DNA of 64,000 bases from sequence record OR757435, one strand, 5' to 3'. Source of the stretch: Escherichia phage vB-EcoP-XT32. Under the pieces are notes generated by a model that was not told the DNA's origin, did not search any database, and saw only the letters and a program-made list of their open reading frames with translations. The translations under genes were made by a program, and so were the position numbers. This document shows positions 40,480 to 48,016 of this stretch, in pieces (the stretch's first letter is position 1; each line of letters begins with the position of its first letter).

Positions 40480-40688
40480 TTACGCTCTCCAATTTCTTCG
40501 TAATGACATTCAGTAGTTAAACAATCTTTACAGATTGCTGTATAAACCCTGACGTTAGTAAATCGTTTGTTCTTCCCTTTGGTTGGAGAGCCTTTGGCAA
40601 GCTCTCTGATAACCTTGTTACTTAAATGAAGGTTTGTCCCTTCACATCTAGAGCACTTCACCACAATGTCCATTCGGTAAGAGACCAC
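40476..40688 (-). CDS. zinc-ribbon protein
   Basis: 70 aa with CSRCEG ... CKDCLTTEC. Confidence 0.45.
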   Translation of the reverse strand: MVSYRMDIVVKCSRCEGTNLHLSNKVIRELAKGSPTKGKNKRFTNVRVYTAICKDCLTTECHYEEIGERK

Positions 40689-40858
40689 AGAGAGTCACCT
40701 ATGTGGGCATTGTCATTCCTGATGAGGTCTTTGATTTTATCAACATTAGTTAAGTGAGTCACATTCAAAATATCCTCAACATCTGGGGCATATTTAAATA
40801 TGGCAACAATACTGTTGTGATCTTCAGCATATCTTTCTAGAACATAAACTACGCTCAT
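40658..40858 (-). CDS. hypothetical protein
   Basis: 66-aa ORF. Confidence 0.35.
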   Translation of the reverse strand: MSVVYVLERYAEDHNSIVAIFKYAPDVEDILNVTHLTNVDKIKDLIRNDNAHIGDSLWSLTEWTLW

Positions 40859-41178
40859 GCGAAGTTAACCTCTTTATGAAGTCTGTAAACAGCTGTCGCC
40901 ATACAAGCAACAGCTTCGTTATGTGGGAGATGCATCCCTGTAGAACCATCCCAATCTTTGAACTCATTGTCAAAGACTCCGGTAGGCTCTGGATACAAGG
41001 CTTGCAACTCAACCAAATCGTTAGCAACTTGTTGCCATTTATCATCAGACCAGATAGGGTCATCCAACCAGTAATACAAATAGGAATGGATGATCAATTG
41101 CCTTCTGTGCCGATTAATCACTTCAGCGGGACTTATTTCACTTCCATTTGAAGTCCTAAATGTATTACCGTCAATCAT
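40855..41178 (-). CDS. small protein resembling NAD-dependent DNA ligase domain Ia
   Basis: HSYLYYWLDDPIWSDDKWQQVANDLVELQALYPE parallels the LigA N-terminal pattern H.YLY..D.P.I.D..YD.L..EL..LE..HPE. Confidence 0.4.
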   Translation of the reverse strand: MIDGNTFRTSNGSEISPAEVINRHRRQLIIHSYLYYWLDDPIWSDDKWQQVANDLVELQALYPEPTGVFDNEFKDWDGSTGMHLPHNEAVACMATAVYRLHKEVNFA

Positions 41179-41381
41179 TATGAAAATTTCCGTTCTGTTA
41201 AAAAGTACTGAACTTCATTATCCGGAGACCAAACCTTTTCTCCATTTACCAGCTTCTTAGCATCTTCATATGAAGCACAATCCAAAGCAGGGTTCTCGGG
41301 TGTTGGTTTCCCTAGGAAATATTTCCAAGTCCAACGCTCTCCGTCATCATCTTGACAGTCAAGAGTCCATAATGTTTTCAT
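41178..41381 (-). CDS. hypothetical protein
   Basis: 67-aa ORF. Confidence 0.4.
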   Translation of the reverse strand: MKTLWTLDCQDDDGERWTWKYFLGKPTPENPALDCASYEDAKKLVNGEKVWSPDNEVQYFLTERKFS

Positions 41382-41596
41382 TTAACAACCTTAAATTTGA
41401 ATGTTGTTGGGTGATAATAATGCAACCTGTTAATGGTGTGCTTTGTTTCAAGATATATCCTACAAGAGTGACACATAACATGAGACAGACCAGTTACAGG
41501 ATTAGGTTTGAAGTTGATGATAGTCTTCTCTTTCTTACAGAAGCTACACACTTTATGTGTCATTAACTCTCCAAAGTTTTCTTCAGAGCTGCCCAC
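41378..41596 (-). CDS. zinc-finger-like small protein
   Basis: 72 aa with CSFCKK ... CHSCR. Confidence 0.4.
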   Translation of the reverse strand: MGSSEENFGELMTHKVCSFCKKEKTIINFKPNPVTGLSHVMCHSCRIYLETKHTINRLHYYHPTTFKFKVVK

Positions 41597-42210
41597 GAGA
41601 TTGGGTAGAGTTTAGCCATCTCTTCATCCAGAGATTGAGCAAACACTCGAACTTCATACTGAGCATGGGAGGATAGTCGCTGACGACACAACTCAAACCA
41701 GCCATACAAAGAACCAGTCCAGTACCAAGTAGTTACCATACCTTGAGGTAAAACAAATCTAGCCTGTTCAGGAGCTACGAACTTAATTAATTCATCATAA
41801 CTAGCAAGAGATGCCTCATATGCAGAGTTAAACAAAGCTAAAGCCTTTACCTCTTCATCTCCTTCAAGGAGTGTTCCAGAACCCGAATGTAGATCATCGG
41901 GGCGAGAGAAGATTTCTTTAGGTATAAAAATATCCACTGCTCCATCTTTATATCTACGACTCATCTCATTCCAAGAAAAACCAACTTGATGCTTCTGTAG
42001 CTGACGTGCAATTGCTATAGGGGCTTCGCATCTGAAGCTAGCTTGTGGGTGGCGAAAAGGGCTTACGTGTCGCTCTCGAGCTAGGAAGTTAATAAGCCGA
42101 GTATCACTTTCTTTCAACTCCTCTCTTTCTACCCCCATAGTCACACGAGCAGCATTGACCACAGTAAGGTCGGAACCGAAGTTATCAATTAGTGAAGCTT
42201 TGATTGTCAT
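41563..42210 (-). CDS. thyX: flavin-dependent thymidylate synthase ThyX
   Basis: 215 aa; RHVSPFRHPQASF and ...SWNEMSRRY match the ThyX signature. Confidence 0.8.
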   Translation of the reverse strand: MTIKASLIDNFGSDLTVVNAARVTMGVEREELKESDTRLINFLARERHVSPFRHPQASFRCEAPIAIARQLQKHQVGFSWNEMSRRYKDGAVDIFIPKEIFSRPDDLHSGSGTLLEGDEEVKALALFNSAYEASLASYDELIKFVAPEQARFVLPQGMVTTWYWTGSLYGWFELCRQRLSSHAQYEVRVFAQSLDEEMAKLYPISWAALKKTLES

Positions 42211-42676
42211 TTATATAAGTCTCCTTGACTTTATTATATGCTTTAGAGGCTTCTTCTATAGTTGAGAAGAGTCCTATGTGCTTAGATTTGAATACCGCCC
42301 GGTAAGCAATAGAGCCACTTTTCCTTCTATGAAGAGTTACTCCAATCACTCCGGTTGATAAGTTGTTACTTTGGGCTATTTTGTTGAGTCCATTCCCTGA
42401 CCTAGTAGTCCCTCTAAGGTTCTCTCTTTTGTTATTTAGTCTGTTGCGGTCTACATGGTCCACTTCTTCAGGAAGCAATCCAGTGTCCCACCAGTAAGCA
42501 AGTCGATGAGCATAATACCTAACACCTTTATAAACGATTCTCAAATACCCGTTGGTATTTATAGAACCAGCTATAGACCCTTTGCGCCCTTTTCCATAAG
42601 TTTTAACCCATCGGAAATCTCCAGTCAAAGGGTCATAATCAAGAGCTTCTTTTATTGATGGATCAATATCATTCAT
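42185..42676 (-). CDS. HNH homing endonuclease with AP2-type domain
   Basis: 163 aa; HNH core EEVDHVDRNRLNNKRENLR then AP2-like GVTLHRRKSGSIAYRAVFKSKHIGLFSTIEEA. Confidence 0.75.
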   Translation of the reverse strand: MNDIDPSIKEALDYDPLTGDFRWVKTYGKGRKGSIAGSINTNGYLRIVYKGVRYYAHRLAYWWDTGLLPEEVDHVDRNRLNNKRENLRGTTRSGNGLNKIAQSNNLSTGVIGVTLHRRKSGSIAYRAVFKSKHIGLFSTIEEASKAYNKVKETYINDNQSFTN

Positions 42677-42691
42677 CCGTGAATTTCCTTA

Positions 42692-42901
42692 TTAATATTC
42701 TTTTACATAACAAACCACTAAGGTTCCCTTCTCTGACAATGTTGATTTATGTAAGCTTACTTTACTATAAATCTTTGGAGACATCTTAAGAGCCTTCTTA
42801 AAACGGCGAGCATCTTTACGAGTAGCAAAGTGCTCTGTAACAGGTATAGCCGGGTCTTGGTAGAGGTAATATACCACCGTCCAATATTTTTTCATAATCA
42901 A
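42692..42901 (-). CDS. small protein, member of a 4-copy paralogous family
   Basis: MIMKKYWTVVYY ... FATRKDARRFKK ... shares MKK.W.V ... F.TR..AR..K pattern with 44857-45371 ORFs. Confidence 0.5.
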   Translation of the reverse strand: MIMKKYWTVVYYLYQDPAIPVTEHFATRKDARRFKKALKMSPKIYSKVSLHKSTLSEKGTLVVCYVKEY

Positions 42902-43170
42902 ACACCTAGGGCAGTAGTTAAGAATGCTTTCAGGTTTGCTTCGGTCTGCATACCAGAGAGACTATAGTGTGCACCACTATTACGGTCAGGTACAACGAAA
43001 GCAGGGATGCTTCTTACACCATACTTAACAGCTTGTTCACGACCATCACCTTCAAGGATGTTAATCTCTTCTACTTCTACATCGAACTCCTTAACAACCT
43101 TCTCAAAGGTAGGAGCCATTGCTTTACATGGAGCACACTGATCGCTATAAAACTTAATCACTTTAGACAT
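42898..43170 (-). CDS. thioredoxin
   Basis: Start at ATG 43170 (AAGGAA upstream); MSKVIKFYSDQCAPCK active-site C..C. Confidence 0.7.
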   Translation of the reverse strand: MSKVIKFYSDQCAPCKAMAPTFEKVVKEFDVEVEEINILEGDGREQAVKYGVRSIPAFVVPDRNSGAHYSLSGMQTEANLKAFLTTALGV

Positions 43171-43171
43171 T

Positions 43172-43348
43172 CTATTCCTTGTTAATAAACAGGTTGATAT
43201 GACGTTGGGTAGCAGGAACAACAATAAAAGATTTATACTGACCTTTTGCTAAGTCATGAGCAATCTTCTTTGTTTGACCAAGACCCATCACACAGCCACT
43301 AACGATAATGGCATGTGCTTGTAATTCTTCAGGTAGGTTTAGTTTCAC
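43172..43348 (-). CDS. hypothetical small protein upstream of thioredoxin
   Basis: 58-aa GTG-initiated ORF (VKLNLPEELQAHAIIVSGCVMGLGQ...) with AAAGAG upstream. Confidence 0.3.
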   Translation of the reverse strand: MKLNLPEELQAHAIIVSGCVMGLGQTKKIAHDLAKGQYKSFIVVPATQRHINLFINKE

Positions 43349-43360
43349 TCTTTGGTTTCC

Positions 43361-43546
43361 TTATAGCATACAAAGAATAATAACAAGAGGTAGTGTTATA
43401 GCAAAATGTACCAGAACAACACTGCCTAGCTTGATAGCTTTAACATCCTCTTCTGCTGGGTTTTCTTTAATTGCTAAATTTCGAGCTTTATATATAACAG
43501 TACCAACTATTAACGACCACACGGCCCACACAATCAGTGAAATCAT
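43361..43546 (-). CDS. small 2-TM membrane protein (paralog 1)
   Basis: 61 aa; two hydrophobic helices (MISLIVWAVWSLIVGTVIY and VLVHFAITLPLVIILCML). Confidence 0.5.
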   Translation of the reverse strand: MISLIVWAVWSLIVGTVIYKARNLAIKENPAEEDVKAIKLGSVVLVHFAITLPLVIILCML

Positions 43547-43555
43547 ATCAAACCC

Positions 43556-43735
43556 TTATGCAGTCAGGAGGTGAAGCAGGAATGGGATAACAACAGCTAC
43601 GACAACCATGATGGTTGATGCTGTTTGAATCTCACCTTTCTTGTCAGGAGTTTCTTCAATAAGCTTGCCAGAAGCCCAATAGATACCACCACCAATAAAG
43701 ACAGCCCAAATACCCCATACGATTGCTGATAACAT
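43556..43735 (-). CDS. small 2-TM membrane protein (paralog 2)
   Basis: 59-aa ORF (MLSAIVWGIWAVFIGGGIYWASGK...VVVAVVIPFLLHLLTA) with AAGGA upstream; N-terminus resembles 43361-43546 product; preferred over overlapping track ORF 43597-43851. Confidence 0.45.
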   Translation of the reverse strand: MLSAIVWGIWAVFIGGGIYWASGKLIEETPDKKGEIQTASTIMVVVAVVIPFLLHLLTA

Positions 43736-43796
43736 ATATCTATATCCTTATAAATAAGTTCGCCCCACCTCGGGTTAGGAGACAGGGCGGAGGTTT

Positions 43797-44360
43797 TTAG
43801 TAAGACACATCGCCACTTGAGTGGGACATGTTGCTCTTGACGAAGTAGCAATACTTGCCAAGACCTTCATTAATTTCTTGAAGCATACTCTGATCAACTG
43901 GATAAGTGGCTAAATCACCATCAAACTCATCCATCTTCTCAATAATACACATCAAGGTCATGCACATATCAGAGAGCATACCGTCCATATCTAGGTCAGC
44001 ATTACCCTCTGAGAACCAAGCATGGGAGAGATAATTGGCTGCTGTGGCGTCCACTTTAACACAGTGGTAACGCATACGTTCAGCAATACGATCTCCTACT
44101 TGTCGTGCGTAATCTTCCAGCTCATCAAACATACCATGAACACCCTGAAATCCTGCACCAGAGACGTTCCAATGGTAGTTTTTAGCTTTGATATGCAAGA
44201 GTTCTATGTTAGCTTGTAAGCAGCTCAGGATGTGTTCTAGGCTGTTTCCACTAATCATACCCTGCATTGTTTCAAGGCGAGAGATTGAAAGCTCTGATCG
44301 GTCTAACATATTATATTCGGCACGACCAATCTCAGGTAAATCAAAAACATTCTTATGCAT
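43797..44360 (-). CDS. Dps/ferritin-like protein
   Basis: 187 aa; LHIKAKNYHWNVSGAGFQGVHGMFDELEDYARQVGDRIAERM matches Dps ferroxidase-site pattern (HWN ... H ... D ... E); ATG abuts the assembly gap. Confidence 0.65.
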   Translation of the reverse strand: MHKNVFDLPEIGRAEYNMLDRSELSISRLETMQGMISGNSLEHILSCLQANIELLHIKAKNYHWNVSGAGFQGVHGMFDELEDYARQVGDRIAERMRYHCVKVDATAANYLSHAWFSEGNADLDMDGMLSDMCMTLMCIIEKMDEFDGDLATYPVDQSMLQEINEGLGKYCYFVKSNMSHSSGDVSY

Positions 44361-44856
44361 TNNNNNNNNNNNNNNNNNNNNNNNNNNNNNNNNNNNNNNN
44401 NNNNNNNNNNNNNNNNNNNNNNNNNNNNNNNNNNNNNNNNNNNNNNNNNNNNNNNNNNNNNNNNNNNNNNNNNNNNNNNNNNNNNNNNNNNNNNNNNNNN
44501 NNNNNNNNNNNNNNNNNNNNNNNNNNNNNNNNNNNNNNNNNNNNNNNNNNNNNNNNNNNNNNNNNNNNNNNNNNNNNNNNNNNNNNNNNNNNNNNNNNNN
44601 NNNNNNNNNNNNNNNNNNNNNNNNNNNNNNNNNNNNNNNNNNNNNNNNNNNNNNNNNNNNNNNNNNNNNNNNNNNNNNNNNNNNNNNNNNNNNNNNNNNN
44701 NNNNNNNNNNNNNNNNNNNNNNNNNNNNNNNNNNNNNNNNNNNNNNNNNNNNNNNNNNNNNNNNNNNNNNNNNNNNNNNNNNNNNNNNNNNNNNNNNNNN
44801 NNNNNNNNNNNNNNNNNNNNNNNNNNNNNNNNNNNNNNNNNNNNNNNNNNNNNNNN
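44361..44856. other. assembly gap (496 N)
   Basis: Run of N characters; sequence unknown. Confidence 0.99.
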
Positions 44857-44965
44857 GTTTCTTAGCAATACGAGCCTCTTTGCGAGTGTCAAACAATTTG
44901 ATGCTATCTTTTCTCGTGTGTTGATCAAGATCCCAAACAACACGAATCGCCCACATCTTTTTCAT
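44857..44965 (-). CDS. small protein of the paralogous family, 5' portion only (3' end lost in gap)
   Basis: MKKMWAIRVVWDLDQHTRKDSIKLFDTRKEARIAKK then runs into N. Confidence 0.4.
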
Positions 44966-45174
44966 TAGTAATGTACCTTTCCGCTGATATAAACACGACC
45001 AGAAGAATACTCCTTGGCCTTATGGATACTGATACTATTGACCACGTCACCAGTAAGCATAGTCTTTTTAAAATCTCGAGCCTGTTGACGAGTAGGAAGT
45101 GCAGTCATAGTCATACCACCTGATGCCCACTTAATCTTTGCTAACCAAAACTGTCTCATAGTGATTGGTCTCAT
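44965..45174 (-). CDS. small protein, paralogous family member
   Basis: 69 aa; ...LPTRQQARDFKKTML ... shares family pattern. Confidence 0.45.
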   Translation of the reverse strand: MRPITMRQFWLAKIKWASGGMTMTALPTRQQARDFKKTMLTGDVVNSISIHKAKEYSSGRVYISGKVHY

Positions 45175-45371
45175 TAATAATAAACCTTGCTGTTGGCAAA
45201 AAGAGCACCTTCGTTATTCACAATAGCTTTTCCTATTGTAACCTTATTGAGTCTAAAAGTAGACTTGTATTGGTTTTTGACCCTACGGGCGTGTTCTCGA
45301 GTGTTAATAAAATCTACAGCTACCAAGTCTCCAGTCGTATCATCATGTACACGAACAATCCACTTTTTCAT
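45174..45371 (-). CDS. small protein, paralogous family member
   Basis: 65 aa; MKKWIVRVHDD ... FINTREHARRVK ... Confidence 0.5.
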   Translation of the reverse strand: MKKWIVRVHDDTTGDLVAVDFINTREHARRVKNQYKSTFRLNKVTIGKAIVNNEGALFANSKVYY

Positions 45372-45574
45372 TTTACTAAACCCTTCATATAGTTATAAAG
45401 ATCGTTAGAGGCTTTACCCCATTCAAGGTGCTTCTTATCCATATAGCTCTTACAAGCTTCTTTACTGCTTTCGACGCATATATCAAATTGATGACATGCT
45501 CGACCAAATGTCATAGCTTTTAATTGAACCTCGGTAGTCAAACCTTTCAGTTCTTGGAACTCTTCTTCAGTCAT
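45368..45574 (-). CDS. hypothetical protein
   Basis: 68-aa ORF translationally coupled to neighbours. Confidence 0.4.
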   Translation of the reverse strand: MTEEEFQELKGLTTEVQLKAMTFGRACHQFDICVESSKEACKSYMDKKHLEWGKASNDLYNYMKGLVK

Positions 45575-46108
45575 TTACACACCTTTAGATGCAACTACAC
45601 CTTCAGAGTTATTATAACGCCCCTTCACTGCATAGGAATGTTCCCCTGCATGAGAGTGCTCAAACATCACCATCTGACCAACACGCATACCAGCACGAAC
45701 TCGTAAACTGTGGTGCTTGGTTACGTTATGGAATTCAAATGTCAGCTTACTGCTATTAAATCCTGCATCTGCCCAACCGGCGTGAAGGTGGTTCAAACCA
45801 CAACGAGCCATAGACGAACGCAGAACAAACAGACTTGAGATGTTATCTGGAAGATTAAACTCCTCCATGGAGTGAGCCAAGAAGAACTGACCCGGAGTGA
45901 TAACCAAACCCTCTTCAGGAATTTTTACTTCCTTCCACTGAAGATTTTCTTTCGCATCAATATCAACGATGCCATCAGCCTGTTCTTCAACAAGGATAGT
46001 ATCACCAATACGGATATCCACACTAGCAGCGTTAACATACTTATGCTCCGCATCCAGATAGCCATTATCAATTACATCGTGTAGTTCAACACTTCCTAGT
46101 AAACTCAT
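45575..46108 (-). CDS. dCTP deaminase (dUTPase superfamily)
   Basis: 177 aa; SVDIRIGDT, ITPGQFFLAHSMEEFNLP, LRSSMARCGLNHLHAGWADAGF, RAGMRVGQMVMF parallel E. coli Dcd. Confidence 0.7.
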   Translation of the reverse strand: MSLLGSVELHDVIDNGYLDAEHKYVNAASVDIRIGDTILVEEQADGIVDIDAKENLQWKEVKIPEEGLVITPGQFFLAHSMEEFNLPDNISSLFVLRSSMARCGLNHLHAGWADAGFNSSKLTFEFHNVTKHHSLRVRAGMRVGQMVMFEHSHAGEHSYAVKGRYNNSEGVVASKGV

Positions 46109-46117
46109 TTTTATTCC

Positions 46118-47194
46118 TTAGTTATTTGTTTCCATGTCAAAAGAAAATCCACGACCCGCTTCATCGGCAAACCGAACTGTACGGGTTTGAGGCTCTAATA
46201 CTTCAGGGTTGTTAGCAACAAACCGATCAGCGAGACTTTGGTTGACAGTTTCAGCGAGTTCCCCATGAGAGGGAATATTAAGATCGGCGAGATTATCAAC
46301 CACATCTTGGGCCACGTCTTCATCAGTCCATACAGCCCTAACAGGTGCGTTGAAACTCTGACCAGAGAACTGGTGACGGCTAACAGTCAAACCATTTGAT
46401 TGACCATTAGAACGTCTAGACAACCACTGCTCAAATGAATCGCCAGTAACACCAAGAGCTTCTTCAAAAGATGTTCTACGAGTAGAGCTTAGATTTCGTG
46501 CTTCGTTTGCTCGACGTCTTGCAGGGGCTACAAACACCCCTTCAACTGCATTGTGCCGATTAGGTTCATCTTCTCGACCAAGGAGATCTCCTCCTGTATT
46601 AGTTGTTAAGTTTGTCAACCCTTCAGACCAATATGCACGAATCTGGCTAGAGCCGTGAATGATTGACATTAACTGAATCTCTTCATAAGGGATTCCAAAG
46701 AATATACTCATGTCTCGGTTAACACAATATTGAGCACTTGTTGTATCCTCAATAAGAGAAACCTGACCTAATCCACTAACCAGATGACTAACTGGCTGAG
46801 GTGTAGGAAGGTATCGAGTTTGGGCCATATATTGATATGCAACAGATGGAGCTGAGAATCTTAACACTTGTGAATTAGGCCACTTTTTGTGAACGTATCT
46901 GATTTCACGACTAGAAACAACCACCGGGCAAGGAGCGGTCATAGCCAAATATCCATGAGGAGTCATGAATAGGTTTTCAAGGGTCATCGCACCACGACAC
47001 ATCATAGGAAAATTATCCAATACCTCTTCGATAGAAGTGGGATAATTAAACATGAATTGGATTCGAGTTCCCTGCCACTGAAATTCAATGATATCAGTGA
47101 ATGTTAATTGGGAAGTTCCTGTATATGGTTCATCTGTAGTTTCAGCAAGAAGAGATGAATACTCAATATCTTGTGACTCTAGCCACTCTTTCAC
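46118..47194 (-). CDS. hypothetical protein; possibly the body of a frameshifted tRNA nucleotidyltransferase
   Basis: GTG-initiated 358-aa ORF overlapping the stop of the NTase-head ORF; its upstream frame encodes ...IEYSSLLAETTDEPYTGTS resembling CCA-enzyme EYALARTER...GYTGFT. Confidence 0.45.
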   Translation of the reverse strand: MKEWLESQDIEYSSLLAETTDEPYTGTSQLTFTDIIEFQWQGTRIQFMFNYPTSIEEVLDNFPMMCRGAMTLENLFMTPHGYLAMTAPCPVVVSSREIRYVHKKWPNSQVLRFSAPSVAYQYMAQTRYLPTPQPVSHLVSGLGQVSLIEDTTSAQYCVNRDMSIFFGIPYEEIQLMSIIHGSSQIRAYWSEGLTNLTTNTGGDLLGREDEPNRHNAVEGVFVAPARRRANEARNLSSTRRTSFEEALGVTGDSFEQWLSRRSNGQSNGLTVSRHQFSGQSFNAPVRAVWTDEDVAQDVVDNLADLNIPSHGELAETVNQSLADRFVANNPEVLEPQTRTVRFADEAGRGFSFDMETNN

Positions 47195-47460
47195 ATTGCT
47201 TTCAATCTCACGCCCAAGAGCTTGCCACTGAAAGTGTTTTGAGTTCTTGGTGTCTGTCCTCTGACAATAAAGATATCGATGTCATGAGGTGCTATGTTAT
47301 TAAGAACAGCGTCACGAACAGCCCCACCAGTAATGATGGGACAGATACCATCTGGAATCAAGTTGTTGTTAATCAGCTGTTCAATGAAGTGACGACCGAC
47401 AGTGATATCAGGTTGTTGAGCAACCTTATCTTCAATTCGGTTAATCGGGATAACAATCAT
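47191..47460 (-). CDS. nucleotidyltransferase head domain (CCA-adding enzyme/poly(A) polymerase-like)
   Basis: ITGGAVRDAVLNNIAPHDIDIFIV matches GGxVRD ... DxD head-domain signature; start taken at ATG 47460. Confidence 0.55.
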   Translation of the reverse strand: MIVIPINRIEDKVAQQPDITVGRHFIEQLINNNLIPDGICPIITGGAVRDAVLNNIAPHDIDIFIVRGQTPRTQNTFSGKLLGVRLKAM

Positions 47461-47461
47461 T

Positions 47462-48016
47462 TTACATTTTCCAATATAATGAAGGTGGGTCGTAAGGGTC
47501 AAATCCTGTGAGTTCACACAAGTATTTATAAACCTTAACGGTTAAGTTAACGTCCTGTTCACAGTAAGTAAACATATCTTCAGTGAAAGCATCCCATGCT
47601 TCCTCTTGCTCACCGTAGTCTCCTTTAAGTTCCTCTAAGAACTCACCCCATTGCTTCAAACCATGACCTCTTGGGCCATGTCTAGGGTCACCTTTCGGAT
47701 ACTCAGGACTGTCACCAATACGGTCAGGTTTAAGATATCGACTAAGACACAAGGTGTCGAAGACGTTAAAACGATAGTCGATCAGATTGGGATACATCTT
47801 CTTCAGAGCACAAAGGTCGAAGTCAATAATATTATGACCTACGAGCACATCAGCTTCTGTAAGTTTACGAACCCCATCTTCAATTTGGTGAGGCCGATAG
47901 CCCCACCTTTCACCAGTTTCAACATCGAAGATGTAAATACACCATACTTTAGTTATGTCATCGTATAGTGCATTACTCTCGATATCAAAAGCAAACACTT
48001 TCTTTTTCTTTACCAC
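47462..48016 (-). CDS. 3'-5' exonuclease (DnaQ-like proofreading domain), separate gene
   Basis: 184 aa; Exo [10 protein letters not shown], Exo [12 protein letters not shown], Exo [12 protein letters not shown]. Confidence 0.8.
   Translation of the reverse strand: MVKKKKVFAFDIESNALYDDITKVWCIYIFDVETGERWGYRPHQIEDGVRKLTEADVLVGHNIIDFDLCALKKMYPNLIDYRFNVFDTLCLSRYLKPDRIGDSPEYPKGDPRHGPRGHGLKQWGEFLEELKGDYGEQEEAWDAFTEDMFTYCEQDVNLTVKVYKYLCELTGFDPYDPPSLYWKM

Noticed and set aside
43597-43851. 84-aa minus-strand ORF from the track
   Set aside because: It overlaps the Dps-like gene by 55 nt; an alternative 59-aa frame (43556-43735) has an RBS and is paralogous to the neighbouring 2-TM protein.
44188-44968. 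Long ORFs on both strands spanning the N run (tracks 44188-44865, 44267-44968, 44353-44943, 44355-44924)
   Set aside because: Their length comes from translating N as X; only the sequence-supported ends were considered.
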